Source of the DNA: Candidatus Velamenicoccus archaeovorus | Lineage (GTDB): Bacteria > Actinomycetota > UBA4738 > HRBIN12 | Assembly: GCA_041946645.1 (NCBI GenBank) | Contig: JBHGAT010000007.1 | Span: forward strand, 1 to 33,433 | DNA: 33,433 bases | Reading direction: 5' to 3' | Shown here: piece after piece, positions 9,323-18,550 of the stretch | Numbering within the stretch: the stretch's first letter is position 1 | How the letters are laid out: every line of letters begins with the position of its first letter | The notes under the pieces: generated by a model | Seen by the model: the letters and a program-made list of their open reading frames with translations, nothing else | The model's database searches: none | What the model was told of the DNA's origin: nothing | Made by a program: the position numbers and the translations under genes

Positions 9323-9961
9323 CTACTCGACGAGACCGGTGCGGATGGCGATCGCGACGGCCTGGGCCCGGTCGTTGGCGCCGAGCTTCTCGAAGATCCG
9401 CTCGAGGTGCGTCTTCACCGTGTGGGGCGAGATCCCGAGATCGTGGGCCACCTCCTTGGTGGTGGCCCCGTACGCGACCTTCTGGAGGATCTCCTTCTCC
9501 CGCTTGGACAGCGGCGCGACGTCGGGGCGCTTCTCGGCGAGCTGGACCTCCTCGATGAAGGCCCGGGTCAGCTGCGGATGGATCACGGCCTTGCCCTCGA
9601 GGGCCAGACGCGCGGCGTTGACCAGCTCGTCGGCCGAGGCGTCCTTCAGCAGGTATCCCGAGACGCCCGCCTGGATCGCCTCCGAGATCGAGGTGCGGGA
9701 CTCGTCCACGGTGAACAGGATCACCCGCGTGCTCGTCGACGCCTGCCGGATCTCGCGAGCCGCCTCGATGCCGTTCATGCCGGGCATCCGGACGTCCATG
9801 AACACGATGTCCGGGGTCAGCTTGCCGACCTGCTCGACCGCCTCCTCGCCGCTGGCGGCCTCGCCGACGACCTCGACGCCCTCCGCCAGCTCGAGCGCGG
9901 AGTGCAGTCCCTCTCTGGTCACCGGGTGGTCGTCGACGATCAGAACGCGGATCGGCGGCAT
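9323..9961 (-). CDS. NarL/FixJ-family response regulator (REC + LuxR-type HTH)
   Basis: 212-aa ORF with VLIVDDHPV, phospho-acceptor context DIVFMDVRMPGMNG, SGYLLKD, and a C-terminal LSKREKEILQKVAYGATTKEVAHDLGISPHTVKTHLERIFEKLG. Confidence 0.92.
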   Translation of the reverse strand: MPPIRVLIVDDHPVTREGLHSALELAEGVEVVGEAASGEEAVEQVGKLTPDIVFMDVRMPGMNGIEAAREIRQASTSTRVILFTVDESRTSISEAIQAGVSGYLLKDASADELVNAARLALEGKAVIHPQLTRAFIEEVQLAEKRPDVAPLSKREKEILQKVAYGATTKEVAHDLGISPHTVKTHLERIFEKLGANDRAQAVAIAIRTGLVE

Positions 9962-10018
9962 CGCGCCCCCTCGGAGTCGGTCGATACGGCGGCTCTAGGA
10001 TAGAGTGTCTGTACCCCC

Positions 10019-10420
10019 ATGGAACGCGATTCGGAGAACCCGCACGGCCGTCCCTCGACGGTCGAACCCTCGGCGAACGGCTCCGCGGACGGCGCCGGCG
10101 ACGGGTCCTCCGCCGGCGGGCCCACCCGCGAGGTGCTGTTCGACGCGCTCCGGAACGTGTACGACCCCGAGCTCGGGATCAACATCGTGGACCTCGGTCT
10201 GGTCTACGAGGTCGACGTGCTGGAGGGCGGGGTGGTCCACGTGGAGTACACCCTGACCACGATGGGCTGCCCGATCGGCCCCCTGATCGAGCAGCAGATC
10301 CAGGCGCTGCTCGCCAACGTCGAGGGGGTGACGGGCGTGGACGCCGAGATGGTGCTGCGTCCCGCCTGGAGCCCGGAGATGATGTCCGAGGAGGCCAAGG
10401 CCGCCCTCGGGTTCTTCTAG
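10019..10420 (+). CDS. DUF59 / SufT-like Fe-S assembly protein (MIP18 family)
   Basis: 133-aa ORF with the core VLFDALRNVYDPELGINIVDLGLVYEVDV...HVEYTLTTMGCPIGPLI typical of DUF59 proteins. The low-complexity N-terminus leaves the start uncertain. Confidence 0.8.
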   Translation: MERDSENPHGRPSTVEPSANGSADGAGDGSSAGGPTREVLFDALRNVYDPELGINIVDLGLVYEVDVLEGGVVHVEYTLTTMGCPIGPLIEQQIQALLANVEGVTGVDAEMVLRPAWSPEMMSEEAKAALGFF

Positions 10421-10472
10421 GTCCCCGCCCCCTGCCGAGGCTCGGATCCTCGAACGGCCCATCGGCGTGGCC

Positions 10473-10724
10473 TTGACATCGCAGCCGCAGCGGTGCGAGC
10501 ATGCCTGAATCCGACCTCGGAGGTAGGGAATCCGGTGATCCGCACGCGCTGCTACGGGGTGGTGGGGGCGATGATCCCGTCGCGGCTGTGCTGTCCGGAC
10601 CCCTCGATGCGTCCTCGGAGACGTCACCTGCACGTGCGACCACCGTCCTAGCGACGAGACCCACCGACGATCCCGAAGGGCCGCACGAGCGGCCCTTCCG
10701 CTTTCCGGGAAAGGAGGACCGGAG
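10473..10724 (+). promoter_or_regulatory. Long structured 5' leader of the rhodanese gene (unclassified; candidate riboswitch/attenuator)
   Basis: About 300 nt are non-coding between 10420 and 10725. TTGACA lies at 10473-10478 and GGTAGGGAATCCGGTGA at 10522-10538. A perfect 10-bp hairpin GAAGGGCCGC-acga-GCGGCCCTTC at 10675-10698 is followed by CGCTTTCC, directly before the RBS GGGAAAGGAGG. Confidence 0.3.
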
Positions 10725-11567
10725 ATGAGCGGTTACGCCAACCCCGACGCGCTGGTGGAGACCGACTGGCTCGAGCAGCACCTCGACGACCCCAACGTCC
10801 GGGTGATCGAGGTCGACGAGGATGCCACGGCGTACGAGAAGGGTCACATCCGGGGAGCCGTGGGCTGGAACTGGTCCAGGGACCTGCACGCCCCGGTGGG
10901 TCGGGACTACGTCGACCGCGGACAGCTCTCGGAGCTGCTGTCGAGGGCCGGCGTGGGGCCCGACACGACCGTCGTGCTCTACGGCGGCAACAACAACTGG
11001 TTCGCCGCGTACGCCTACTGGATCTTGAAGCTCCGCGGGTTCGACCGCGTCAAGCTGCTGAACGGCGGCCGCAAGAAGTGGGAGCTCGAGAGCCGGGAGC
11101 TGACCTCGGAGGTGCCCCAGCACGCGCCGACCGGGTTCGCCATCTCGGGAACCGAGCGGTCCGAGATCCGCGCGCTCCGGGACGAGGTCATCGCGAAGCT
11201 CGGCTCGGCCGCGCTGGTGGACGTGCGGTCGCCCGAGGAGTTCCGGGGAGAGAAGCTCGCCCCCGACCACCTGCCGCAGGAGCAGTCCCAGGTGCCGGGG
11301 CACATCCCCGGGGCGGCGAACATCCCGTGGGTCAAGGCGGCCAACGACGACGGGACGTTCCGGTCGGCGGACGAGCTCCGGGCGCTGTACGAGGCCGAGG
11401 GGATCACGTCGGACCGCGAGGTCATCGCGTACTGCCGGATCGGCGAGCGGTCGAGCCACACGTGGTTCGCGCTGCAGGAGCTGCTCGGCTACCCGAACGT
11501 GAAGAACTACGACGGCTCGTGGACCGAGTACGGCAGCCTGGTCGGCGCACCGGTCGAGGTGGGGTGA
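10725..11567 (+). CDS. Thiosulfate sulfurtransferase (tandem rhodanese domains)
   Basis: 280-aa ORF with active-site loop [12 protein letters not shown] in the second rhodanese domain and an N-terminal inactive rhodanese domain ([11 protein letters not shown]). A strong RBS is present. Confidence 0.9.
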   Translation: MSGYANPDALVETDWLEQHLDDPNVRVIEVDEDATAYEKGHIRGAVGWNWSRDLHAPVGRDYVDRGQLSELLSRAGVGPDTTVVLYGGNNNWFAAYAYWILKLRGFDRVKLLNGGRKKWELESRELTSEVPQHAPTGFAISGTERSEIRALRDEVIAKLGSAALVDVRSPEEFRGEKLAPDHLPQEQSQVPGHIPGAANIPWVKAANDDGTFRSADELRALYEAEGITSDREVIAYCRIGERSSHTWFALQELLGYPNVKNYDGSWTEYGSLVGAPVEVG

Positions 11568-12082
11568 TCGCCGTGGGCCAGATCGAGCAGCTGGTCGACG
11601 CGAACCGCGAGTTCGCCTCCACGTTCGACCGGGGCGACATGCCGATGCCGCCGGCGCGTGCCGTCGCCGTCCTCACGTGCATGGACGCACGGCTGCACCC
11701 CGAGCGGTTCCTGGGTCTGGACATCGGGGACGCGCACGTGATCCGGAACGCGGGCGGCCGCGCCGCGGACGACGCGATCCGCTCGCTGATCATCTCGAGC
11801 CGTCTGCTGGGGACCAACGAGTTCCTGGTGATCCATCACACGGACTGCGGGATGCTCACGTTCACGGACGAGGACCTCCGTGCGAAGCTCGCCGAGGAAG
11901 CCGGCGTGGACGCCTCGGACCTGGAGTTCCTCCCGTTCTCCGACCTGGATCAGAGCGTGCGCGACGACGTGCAGCGGCTCCTCGACTCCCCTTACCTGCC
12001 CCCGGGCAGCCGGGTCTCGGGGCACGTGTACGACGTCCACACGGGCACGCTGCGGCAGGTGGTCGCACCGATCCAGACATAG
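11564..12082 (+). CDS. Beta-class carbonic anhydrase
   Basis: This is the C-terminal 172 aa of ORF 11078..12082. The GTG at 11564 overlaps the rhodanese TGA (GTGA); an alternative GTG lies at 11573. Zinc-ligand motifs are LTCMDARL and IHHTDCGM. Confidence 0.85.
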   Translation: MIAVGQIEQLVDANREFASTFDRGDMPMPPARAVAVLTCMDARLHPERFLGLDIGDAHVIRNAGGRAADDAIRSLIISSRLLGTNEFLVIHHTDCGMLTFTDEDLRAKLAEEAGVDASDLEFLPFSDLDQSVRDDVQRLLDSPYLPPGSRVSGHVYDVHTGTLRQVVAPIQT

Positions 12083-12100
12083 CGAACCGCGAACGCGGAA

Positions 12101-12132
12101 CGAGGGCCGGGCTCGCGGGGGCCCGGCCCTCG
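12101..12132 (+). terminator. GC-rich stem-loop downstream of the carbonic anhydrase gene
   Basis: CGAGGGCCGGGC-tcgcgggg-GCCCGGCCCTCG forms a 12-bp perfect stem 19 nt after the stop codon. No U-tract follows, which is common in high-GC actinobacteria. Confidence 0.45.
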
Positions 12133-12354
12133 GCGCGGTGCGATACCGTCCGGGTCGTGGAGGTCCCTCCGGGGCTCGAGCTGGTCGAGGGACATCCGGA
12201 TCGGGGGATGGCGGCGCTCGCTCCAGCTGTGGTGGCCACAGGACCGGGCGTGGACGGCCACCTGGTGAACCGTTCCCCCGCGGCCGAGGGGCAGGATCCG
12301 CTGAAATCCGACCGATCAGGTGGACTTTCGGCGTGCCGCGAGGCTATCCTGGGG

Positions 12355-13521
12355 ATGTTCGGAGGAACCGAGCCCACCGAGCAGCAGGCCAAGAGCTGGG
12401 ACGACCTGCCCGAGGACATCCGCGGCACGTGGGACAAGCTGGGCATCCCGGAGGCCGAGAAGAAGTACCTCGGGGGCGTGAGCGCCCAGTACGAGTCCGA
12501 GGTCGTGTACCACAAGATCCGGAGCGAGCTCGAGTCGATGGGCGTGCTGTTCAGCGACATGGACAGCGGCCTGCGCGACCACCCGGACATCGTCAAGGAG
12601 TACTTCGGGACGATCATCCCGCCCAACGACAACAAGTTCGCCGCGTTGAACTCCGCCGTGTGGTCCGGCGGGTCGTTCATCTACGTGCCGCCGGGCGTGC
12701 ACGTGGACATCCCGCTCCAGGCCTACTTCCGGATCAACGCCGAGAACATGGGGCAGTTCGAGCGGACGCTGATCATCGCGGACGAAGGCTCCTACGTGCA
12801 CTACGTGGAGGGCTGCTCGGCGCCGATCTACACGTCGGACTCGCTGCACTCCGCGGTGGTCGAGATCATCGTCAAGAAGGGCGCACGGGTCCGGTACACG
12901 ACCATCCAGAACTGGTCCACCAACGTGTACAACCTCGTGACCAAGCGGGCCGCCGCCTACGAGGACTCGGTGATGGAGTGGGTCGACGGCAACATCGGCT
13001 CCAAGGTGACGATGAAGTACCCGTCGATCTACCTGCTGGGCAAGGGCGCTCGCGGCGAGGTGCTCTCGGTCGCGTACGGCGGTCGCGGGCAGCACACCGA
13101 CGCCGGCGGGAAGGCCATCCACGCGGCGCCGCACACGACCAGCGTGATCACGTCCAAGTCCGTCTCCAAGGACGGTGGCCGCACCGGCTACCGCGGCCTG
13201 GTCCGGGTGGAGCCCGGCGCGCACCACGCCAAGTCGATGGTGCGGTGCGACGCGTTGATCCTCGACGAGCGGAGCCGCTCGGACACGTACCCCTACGTCG
13301 AGGTCGAGGAGGAGACGGCCCAGCTCGGCCACGAGGCCACCGTGGCCCGGATCGGCGAGGACCAGCTCTTCTACCTGATGAGCAGGGGGCTGTCCGAGGC
13401 CGAGGCCAGCGCGATGATCGTGAACGGGTTCATCGAGCCCATCACCCGCGAGCTCCCCATGGAGTACGCGGTCGAGCTGAACCGCCTGATCGAGCTCCAG
13501 ATGGAGGGCGCGATCGGCTAG
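12355..13521 (+). CDS. sufB: Fe-S cluster assembly scaffold SufB, N-terminally short form (388 aa)
   Basis: The SufB-like sequence begins from the ATG at 12355: [41 protein letters not shown] ... [34 protein letters not shown] ... [15 protein letters not shown] ... [15 protein letters not shown]. The upstream in-frame part of ORF 11677..13521 is not SufB-like. Confidence 0.9.
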   Translation: MFGGTEPTEQQAKSWDDLPEDIRGTWDKLGIPEAEKKYLGGVSAQYESEVVYHKIRSELESMGVLFSDMDSGLRDHPDIVKEYFGTIIPPNDNKFAALNSAVWSGGSFIYVPPGVHVDIPLQAYFRINAENMGQFERTLIIADEGSYVHYVEGCSAPIYTSDSLHSAVVEIIVKKGARVRYTTIQNWSTNVYNLVTKRAAAYEDSVMEWVDGNIGSKVTMKYPSIYLLGKGARGEVLSVAYGGRGQHTDAGGKAIHAAPHTTSVITSKSVSKDGGRTGYRGLVRVEPGAHHAKSMVRCDALILDERSRSDTYPYVEVEEETAQLGHEATVARIGEDQLFYLMSRGLSEAEASAMIVNGFIEPITRELPMEYAVELNRLIELQMEGAIG

Positions 13522-13524
13522 CCG

Positions 13525-14784
13525 CTACGGCGGGGCCCGATCCTGTCCCGCGTAGCCCAGCACCGACCCGTCGGGCCGCCGGAACACCGGCCGTCCATCC
13601 TCCAGCTCGAGCCGGAACCCACCGGGCCGGTGGACCATCCGGTGGTGCCGGCGGCAGAGCAGCACCAGGTTGGGCAATGCCGTGGGACCACCGTCTGCCC
13701 AGTGGACGACGTGGTGGGCGTCGCACCACGTGTGTGGTCGGTCGCAGCCGGGGAACCGGCAGCGGCGGTCGCGGACGATGACGGCGCGTCGCATGGCGGG
13801 GGGGATGACGGGGGTCCGCCGGCCCACGTCGAGCGGCTCCGAGCGGCCGGCCAGCACCACCCGCATGACCGAGGCGTCGCACGCGATCTGCTTCGCAAGC
13901 CCAGGGTGCACGGGCCCGGTGTGGTCGAGCTCGCACGGCGCCTCTCGTGGGCTCTCGGCTTCGCCGCTTCGCGGGCTGCCACCCCCACCTGAGCGCTCGG
14001 TATCCGCGAAGGCGGCGATCACCCGGGCATCCACGGTCAGTGTCACGTGGGGACGTTCCCCGGCCACCTGAGGTCGCTTGACCAGGTCCAGCCACTGACG
14101 GCAGATCTCGCCCAGGGCATCGGCCCTCTGCTGGGCCGGCGTGCGATGGTCATCCGGGCCGGAGCGGGCCTCGGCATCGAGCACCGCCCGGATCGCCGTG
14201 AGCAAGCTCTCCCCGTTCTCAGGGTCCAGGTCCCCGTCCACGCGCACCATGCCCAGGAACGTGGTCGAGGCGTACAGGCGCCGCCGCTCGAGGAGCTTGT
14301 CCTCTCCCCGGAGGCTCTGCTCCCGCTCCACGGCCTGCCGCCAGTAGGCCACCACCTTGCTCAGGTCATGGGTGGAATGGATCTTGGCCGCATCCACCAG
14401 ATGCTCCTCGGCACCCTGGAAGGCCTCTGGGTCTTCGTCACGTGCCGCCACCAGGGCCCGCACGGCCGATAGCGAGATCTCCCCCTCCTCGAGGGCCCGA
14501 CGGGCGAGCGGCATCTGCTCGAGCGCCCGGGCCACCCGCACTCCCAACCGGGCCTGGCCCCATCCCACCTTGAACCGGTTGGCCAGCCACGAGGCCGCGG
14601 ACAGGTAGCCGTCCCGCTCGAACAGGCGTCGGCGGTCGATCTCGGCCAGCCTGCGCAGCCGCTCGGCCTCCAGCTGCTCGATCGAGCGGTGCAGCTCACA
14701 GAAGTCCTCCTCGATCCTGGCATCGGGCAGCTCGGCCAGGACCTCGGAGCGCAAGGACTCCACGACAGAGCGGAGCTCGCTCAT
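13525..14784 (-). CDS. DUF222 + HNH endonuclease (actinobacterial REP13E12-like family)
   Basis: 419-aa ORF with an N-terminal DUF222-like helical region (RLAEIDRRRLFERDGYLSAASWLA). The C-terminal HNH motif is RDRRCRFPGCDRPHTWCDAHHVVHWADGGPTALPNLVLLCRRHHRMVH. Confidence 0.9.
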   Translation of the reverse strand: MSELRSVVESLRSEVLAELPDARIEEDFCELHRSIEQLEAERLRRLAEIDRRRLFERDGYLSAASWLANRFKVGWGQARLGVRVARALEQMPLARRALEEGEISLSAVRALVAARDEDPEAFQGAEEHLVDAAKIHSTHDLSKVVAYWRQAVEREQSLRGEDKLLERRRLYASTTFLGMVRVDGDLDPENGESLLTAIRAVLDAEARSGPDDHRTPAQQRADALGEICRQWLDLVKRPQVAGERPHVTLTVDARVIAAFADTERSGGGGSPRSGEAESPREAPCELDHTGPVHPGLAKQIACDASVMRVVLAGRSEPLDVGRRTPVIPPAMRRAVIVRDRRCRFPGCDRPHTWCDAHHVVHWADGGPTALPNLVLLCRRHHRMVHRPGGFRLELEDGRPVFRRPDGSVLGYAGQDRAPP

Positions 14785-15209
14785 CCCCCTCCCTCTCGAA
14801 CGTACGTTCGAACCGTAGCAGGAGGGTCTGACAGTGAATCAGTCACGTCGGCCAGAGTCGCCCGTTCGTTCAGCCCCACGGTGTGGACCTGCCCGTCGAG
14901 CCCCAGACGTCCGTGCCCCAGTACCCATCGAAGCCCGCCGTCGATCAGTCCGGTGAAAGCGAGAAGGGCGACGGCGATCGGCAGATCGAGGTCCCAGGTG
15001 GGCCCGCTCCGCACTTCCGGCACGAGCCGGATCAGAACCTCCGGAGCCTCCGGCAGCAGCCCGGAGACGACGAGGGCGGCCCGGATCCGATCGGCGGCGG
15101 TGCGCGCTCGGTCTGCCGGCAGACCGAGGATGAGCAGGCCGGTCCGCGATGACGTGTCCTCCACCTGCACCTCGATGAGCCGATCGCCCACCGACCCCCA
15201 GACCCGCAC
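14781..15209 (-). CDS. ComM/YifB (Mg-chelatase-like) N-terminal Lon-like domain only; truncated fragment
   Basis: The 142-aa ORF (GTG start) contains IEVQVEDTSSRTGLLILGLPADRARTAADRIRAALVVSGLLPEAPEVLIRLVPEVRSGPTWDLDLPIAVALLAFTGLI. This aligns by eye with the first ~115 aa of E. coli YifB. No AAA+ Walker motifs follow. The stop overlaps the HNH start (ATGA at 14784-14781). Confidence 0.65.
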   Translation of the reverse strand: MRVWGSVGDRLIEVQVEDTSSRTGLLILGLPADRARTAADRIRAALVVSGLLPEAPEVLIRLVPEVRSGPTWDLDLPIAVALLAFTGLIDGGLRWVLGHGRLGLDGQVHTVGLNERATLADVTDSLSDPPATVRTYVREGGG

Positions 15210-15264
15210 CGGCTGGCCTCCTCGATCGGCGGGGGAGGAGGCTCCATCAGGCTAGACGGGCCCT

Positions 15265-15296
15265 CCGACACGGTGTCGGCCGCGCTCCGTATAGTG
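15265..15296 (+). promoter_or_regulatory. Palindrome plus -10-like hexamer upstream of hsdM
   Basis: CCGACAC-G-GTGTCGG (15265-15279, 7-bp perfect arms) lies 10 nt upstream of TATAGT (15290-15295). Confidence 0.3.
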
Positions 15297-17264
15297 ATGC
15301 CCGTCACAGCAACGGGGGCGCCGAGGGTGGACAACTTCCAGGAGAAGGTCGCGTTCATCTGGTCGGTCGCGGACCTCCTCCGGGGCGACTACAAGCAGTC
15401 CGAGTACGGCAAGGTGATCCTGCCGCTGACGGTGCTCCGCCGGCTGGACTCGGTGCTGGAGCCGACGAAGCAGCAGGTCCTCAAGCGCTACGAGGAGCTC
15501 CAAGGGCGGCTCGAGAACGTCGACCCCGTGCTCACCCAGATCACCGGGCACGGCTTCTACAACACCTCGCCGTTCACGTTCCGGACCCTGCTTGACGACC
15601 CGTCGAACGTGGGGGAGAACCTCCGCAGGTTCATCCTCGGGTTCGACCAGGGCACGCGGGACGTGATCGCCAAGTTCGAGTTCGAGGCGCAGATCCGCCG
15701 GCTGGAGCGCTCGAACCTCCTGTACAAGGTCGTCGCCAAGTTCTGCGACATCGACCTGCATCCCGACCGCGTCTCGAACCTGGAGATGGGCTACGTGTAC
15801 GAGGAGCTCATCCGCCGCTTCTCCGAGCTCTCGAACGAGACTGCCGGCGAGCACTTCACGCCGCGCGAGGTCATCCGGCTGATGGTGAACATCCTGTTCG
15901 CGAACGACCACGAAGCGCTCACCAAACCCGGGATCGTCCGAACCCTGTACGACCCGGCGTGCGGAACGGGCGGGATGCTCTCGGTCGCCGAGGACCACCT
16001 GCGCGAGCTGAATCCCGGGGCGACGCTCCGCGTCTACGGACAGGAGTTGAACGCGGAGACGTACGCGGTCTGCCGCTCCGACATGATGCTGAAGGGGCAG
16101 GACGCCTCGAACATCTTCTTCGGCAACTCGTTCACCGAGGACGGGCTGCCGGACATGACGTTCGACTACCTGCTGGCGAACCCGCCGTTCGGCGTGGAGT
16201 GGAAGAAGGTCGAGGAGCGGGTCCGCGAGGAGCACGAGAAGCTCGGATATCAGGGCCGGTTCGGCGCGGGTCTGCCCCGGATCAACGACGGGTCGCTGCT
16301 TTTCCTTCAGCTCATGATCTCGAAGATGAAGCCGCCGGTGAAGGGCGGCTCGCGCCTGGCGATCGTGTTCAACGCCTCCCCGCTGTTCACCGGGGCCGCC
16401 GGGTCCGGCGAGTCCGAGATCCGCCGCTGGATCATCGAGAACGACTGGCTGGAAGCAATCGTCGGGCTGCCGGACCAGCTCTTCTACAACACGGGGATCT
16501 CCACGTACTTCTGGGTGCTCACCAACCGCAAGTCGCCCGAGCGCAAGGGGAAGGTCCAGCTGGTCGACGCGCGCGAGCTGTGGACGAAGATGCGGAAGAG
16601 CCTGGGGGAGAAGCGGAAGCAGATCTCGCCCGAGCAGATCGACGAGATCACGCGGCTGTACGCGGAGTTCCGCGAGGGCGAGAGGGTCAAGGTCTTCGAC
16701 AACCGCGACTTCGGCTACCGCCGGATCACGGTGGAGCGGCCGCTTCGCGTCCGGTGGGAGGTCAGCGACGAGACGCTCGCGGCGCTCCGGTCGTCGAAGG
16801 CGGTGGGGAAGCTCGACGAGAAGGAGCGTGAGCGGGTGCTCTCGGCCGTGGAGGGCCTTCGGGGGACGTCCGCCACCGAGCGCGAGGCGTTCGTCGAGAA
16901 GGTGCGAGCGGTGTTGAACGGGCCGAGAGCGCTCGAGAAGGCCGTGCTCGACGCGGCGATGGTCCGCGACCCCGATGCGCCGGTCGTGACCGGCAAGAAG
17001 GGCGAGCCCGAGCCAGACCCCCACCTCCGCGACTACGAGAACGTGCCGCTCGCCGAGGACGTCGACGAGTACGTGCAGCGCGAGGTGTTCCCGTTCGTGC
17101 CCGACGCGTGGATCGACGGGTCGAAGACCAAGATCGGGTACGAGATCCCGTTCACCCGGTACTTCTACACGTACGTGCCGCCCCGGCCCCTCGAGGAGAT
17201 CGATGCCGAGATTAAGCAGCTCGAGCAGGAGATCCTCGCCCTCCTCCGCGAGGTGACGGAGTGA
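15297..17264 (+). CDS. hsdM: Type I restriction-modification system, N6-adenine DNA methyltransferase subunit M
   Basis: The HsdM N-terminal pattern FIWSVADLLRGDYKQSEYGKVILPLTVLRRLD is present, with AdoMet motif I LYDPACGTGGML and catalytic motif IV LLANPPFG. Start options are ATG 15297 or GTG 15327 (GTG 15273 is the ORF maximum). Confidence 0.93.
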   Translation: MPVTATGAPRVDNFQEKVAFIWSVADLLRGDYKQSEYGKVILPLTVLRRLDSVLEPTKQQVLKRYEELQGRLENVDPVLTQITGHGFYNTSPFTFRTLLDDPSNVGENLRRFILGFDQGTRDVIAKFEFEAQIRRLERSNLLYKVVAKFCDIDLHPDRVSNLEMGYVYEELIRRFSELSNETAGEHFTPREVIRLMVNILFANDHEALTKPGIVRTLYDPACGTGGMLSVAEDHLRELNPGATLRVYGQELNAETYAVCRSDMMLKGQDASNIFFGNSFTEDGLPDMTFDYLLANPPFGVEWKKVEERVREEHEKLGYQGRFGAGLPRINDGSLLFLQLMISKMKPPVKGGSRLAIVFNASPLFTGAAGSGESEIRRWIIENDWLEAIVGLPDQLFYNTGISTYFWVLTNRKSPERKGKVQLVDARELWTKMRKSLGEKRKQISPEQIDEITRLYAEFREGERVKVFDNRDFGYRRITVERPLRVRWEVSDETLAALRSSKAVGKLDEKERERVLSAVEGLRGTSATEREAFVEKVRAVLNGPRALEKAVLDAAMVRDPDAPVVTGKKGEPEPDPHLRDYENVPLAEDVDEYVQREVFPFVPDAWIDGSKTKIGYEIPFTRYFYTYVPPRPLEEIDAEIKQLEQEILALLREVTE

Positions 17265-18541
17265 GCAAGGTCGAGACTCGGCCTCTCCGCGCGTTCGCCG
17301 ATGTGCAGCTCGGGCGTATGCGCTCTCCTGAGCAGGCAGAGGGACCGTTCATGGTCCGTTACCTGCGGGCCGCCAACGTCAAGGACGGATACCTGGATCT
17401 CTCTGATATCAAGGAGATGAACTTCACGCCCGCTGAGCAGCACATCTACTCGCTGAGAGAAGGCGATGTCCTCGTATCGGAAGGCGCCGGCAGTCTGGCC
17501 GCGGTGGGAGCATCTGCCGTCTGGGACGGGTCTCTGGACGGCGTTGTCTGCTTCCAGAACACCCTGCTGCGCCTGCGTCCGCGTCCTGCTCTCACGAGCG
17601 CTCGCTTTCTCGGGTGGTGGGCCCGTCACGCCTACGCATCGGGACTGCTCGCATCAACGGCGATTGGCGTGAACATCTACCACCTGAGCGCGGATAGAAT
17701 TCGGGGTCTTCCCGTCGCGTTTCCACCCCTGGACGAGCAGGAAGCAATCGCCGACTTCCTCGACCGCGAGACCGCCCGCATCGACCGACTCGTTAGTCAG
17801 CGAGAGCAGCTGATTTCCCTGCTGGGTGAACGCCGAAGAACCGTGATCCATCAAGGAGTGGTCGGACTTCTCTCGGCCGACGTGGAGACTCACGATCCAG
17901 GACTCCCCTGGGCGCGGGCGGTGCGCAAGCCGTGGCCGGCGGTGAAGATCAAGCATGTCGCGCAACTGGGGACGGGGCATACGCCGAGCCGGGCGCATCC
18001 CGAGTACTGGGAGGAATGCACGATCCCGTGGATTACGACGGGCGAGATTCAGCAGGTTCGAGATGAGCGCGCTGAGGTCATCACCGACACCCGAGAGAAG
18101 ATCAGCGAGCTCGGGCTGGTTAACTCCGCCGCCGAGCTGCACCCAGCGGGGACCGTCGTGCTTTGCAGGACCGCTTCGGCTGGCTACTCGGCAATCATGG
18201 GATCAGACATGGCCACGAGCCAGGACTTCGCGACCTGGACGTGCTCGGATCGACTCCTCCCTCGGTACCTGCTGATGTGTCTCCGTGCGATGCGCTCTGA
18301 CCTCCTCGGGCGCCTTGCATTCGGGTCGACTCACAAGACCATCTACATGCCAGACATCCATGCGTTGAAGATCCCGCTACCGAGTATCAAGGAGCAGAGT
18401 GAGACGTTAGAAGGAATCGATTCCAGTCTCGCCACGATTGACCGACTATCCGAACGCGTGGAACGACAGTTGTTGGCTTTGACAGAGCACCGGCAAGCGG
18501 TAATCAGCGCCGCGGTCACGGGTGAACTCAAGGTTGAGTAG
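17261..18541 (+). CDS. hsdS: Type I R-M specificity subunit S (two target-recognition domains)
   Basis: The GTG at 17261 overlaps the hsdM TGA (GTGA). The conserved central and C-terminal spacers are PPLDEQEAIADFLDRETARIDRLV and PLPSIKEQSETLEGIDSSLATIDRL, each following a variable TRD. Confidence 0.9.
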   Translation: MSKVETRPLRAFADVQLGRMRSPEQAEGPFMVRYLRAANVKDGYLDLSDIKEMNFTPAEQHIYSLREGDVLVSEGAGSLAAVGASAVWDGSLDGVVCFQNTLLRLRPRPALTSARFLGWWARHAYASGLLASTAIGVNIYHLSADRIRGLPVAFPPLDEQEAIADFLDRETARIDRLVSQREQLISLLGERRRTVIHQGVVGLLSADVETHDPGLPWARAVRKPWPAVKIKHVAQLGTGHTPSRAHPEYWEECTIPWITTGEIQQVRDERAEVITDTREKISELGLVNSAAELHPAGTVVLCRTASAGYSAIMGSDMATSQDFATWTCSDRLLPRYLLMCLRAMRSDLLGRLAFGSTHKTIYMPDIHALKIPLPSIKEQSETLEGIDSSLATIDRLSERVERQLLALTEHRQAVISAAVTGELKVE

Positions 18542-18550
18542 GACTGGCTT

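Noticed and set aside
10522-10538. Second cobalamin riboswitch upstream of the rhodanese gene
   Set aside because: It shares the GGTAGGGAAnCCGGTGA core, but the downstream CCCGCnACTGT, GCCACTG and B12-box elements are absent or interrupted (GGAGACgtcaCCTGC). It is left as an unclassified leader.
10501-10728. 75-aa ORF inside the rhodanese leader
   Set aside because: It has Gly/Asp/Pro-rich low-complexity translation and no RBS, and its stop overlaps the rhodanese start codon. It is more consistent with non-coding structured RNA.
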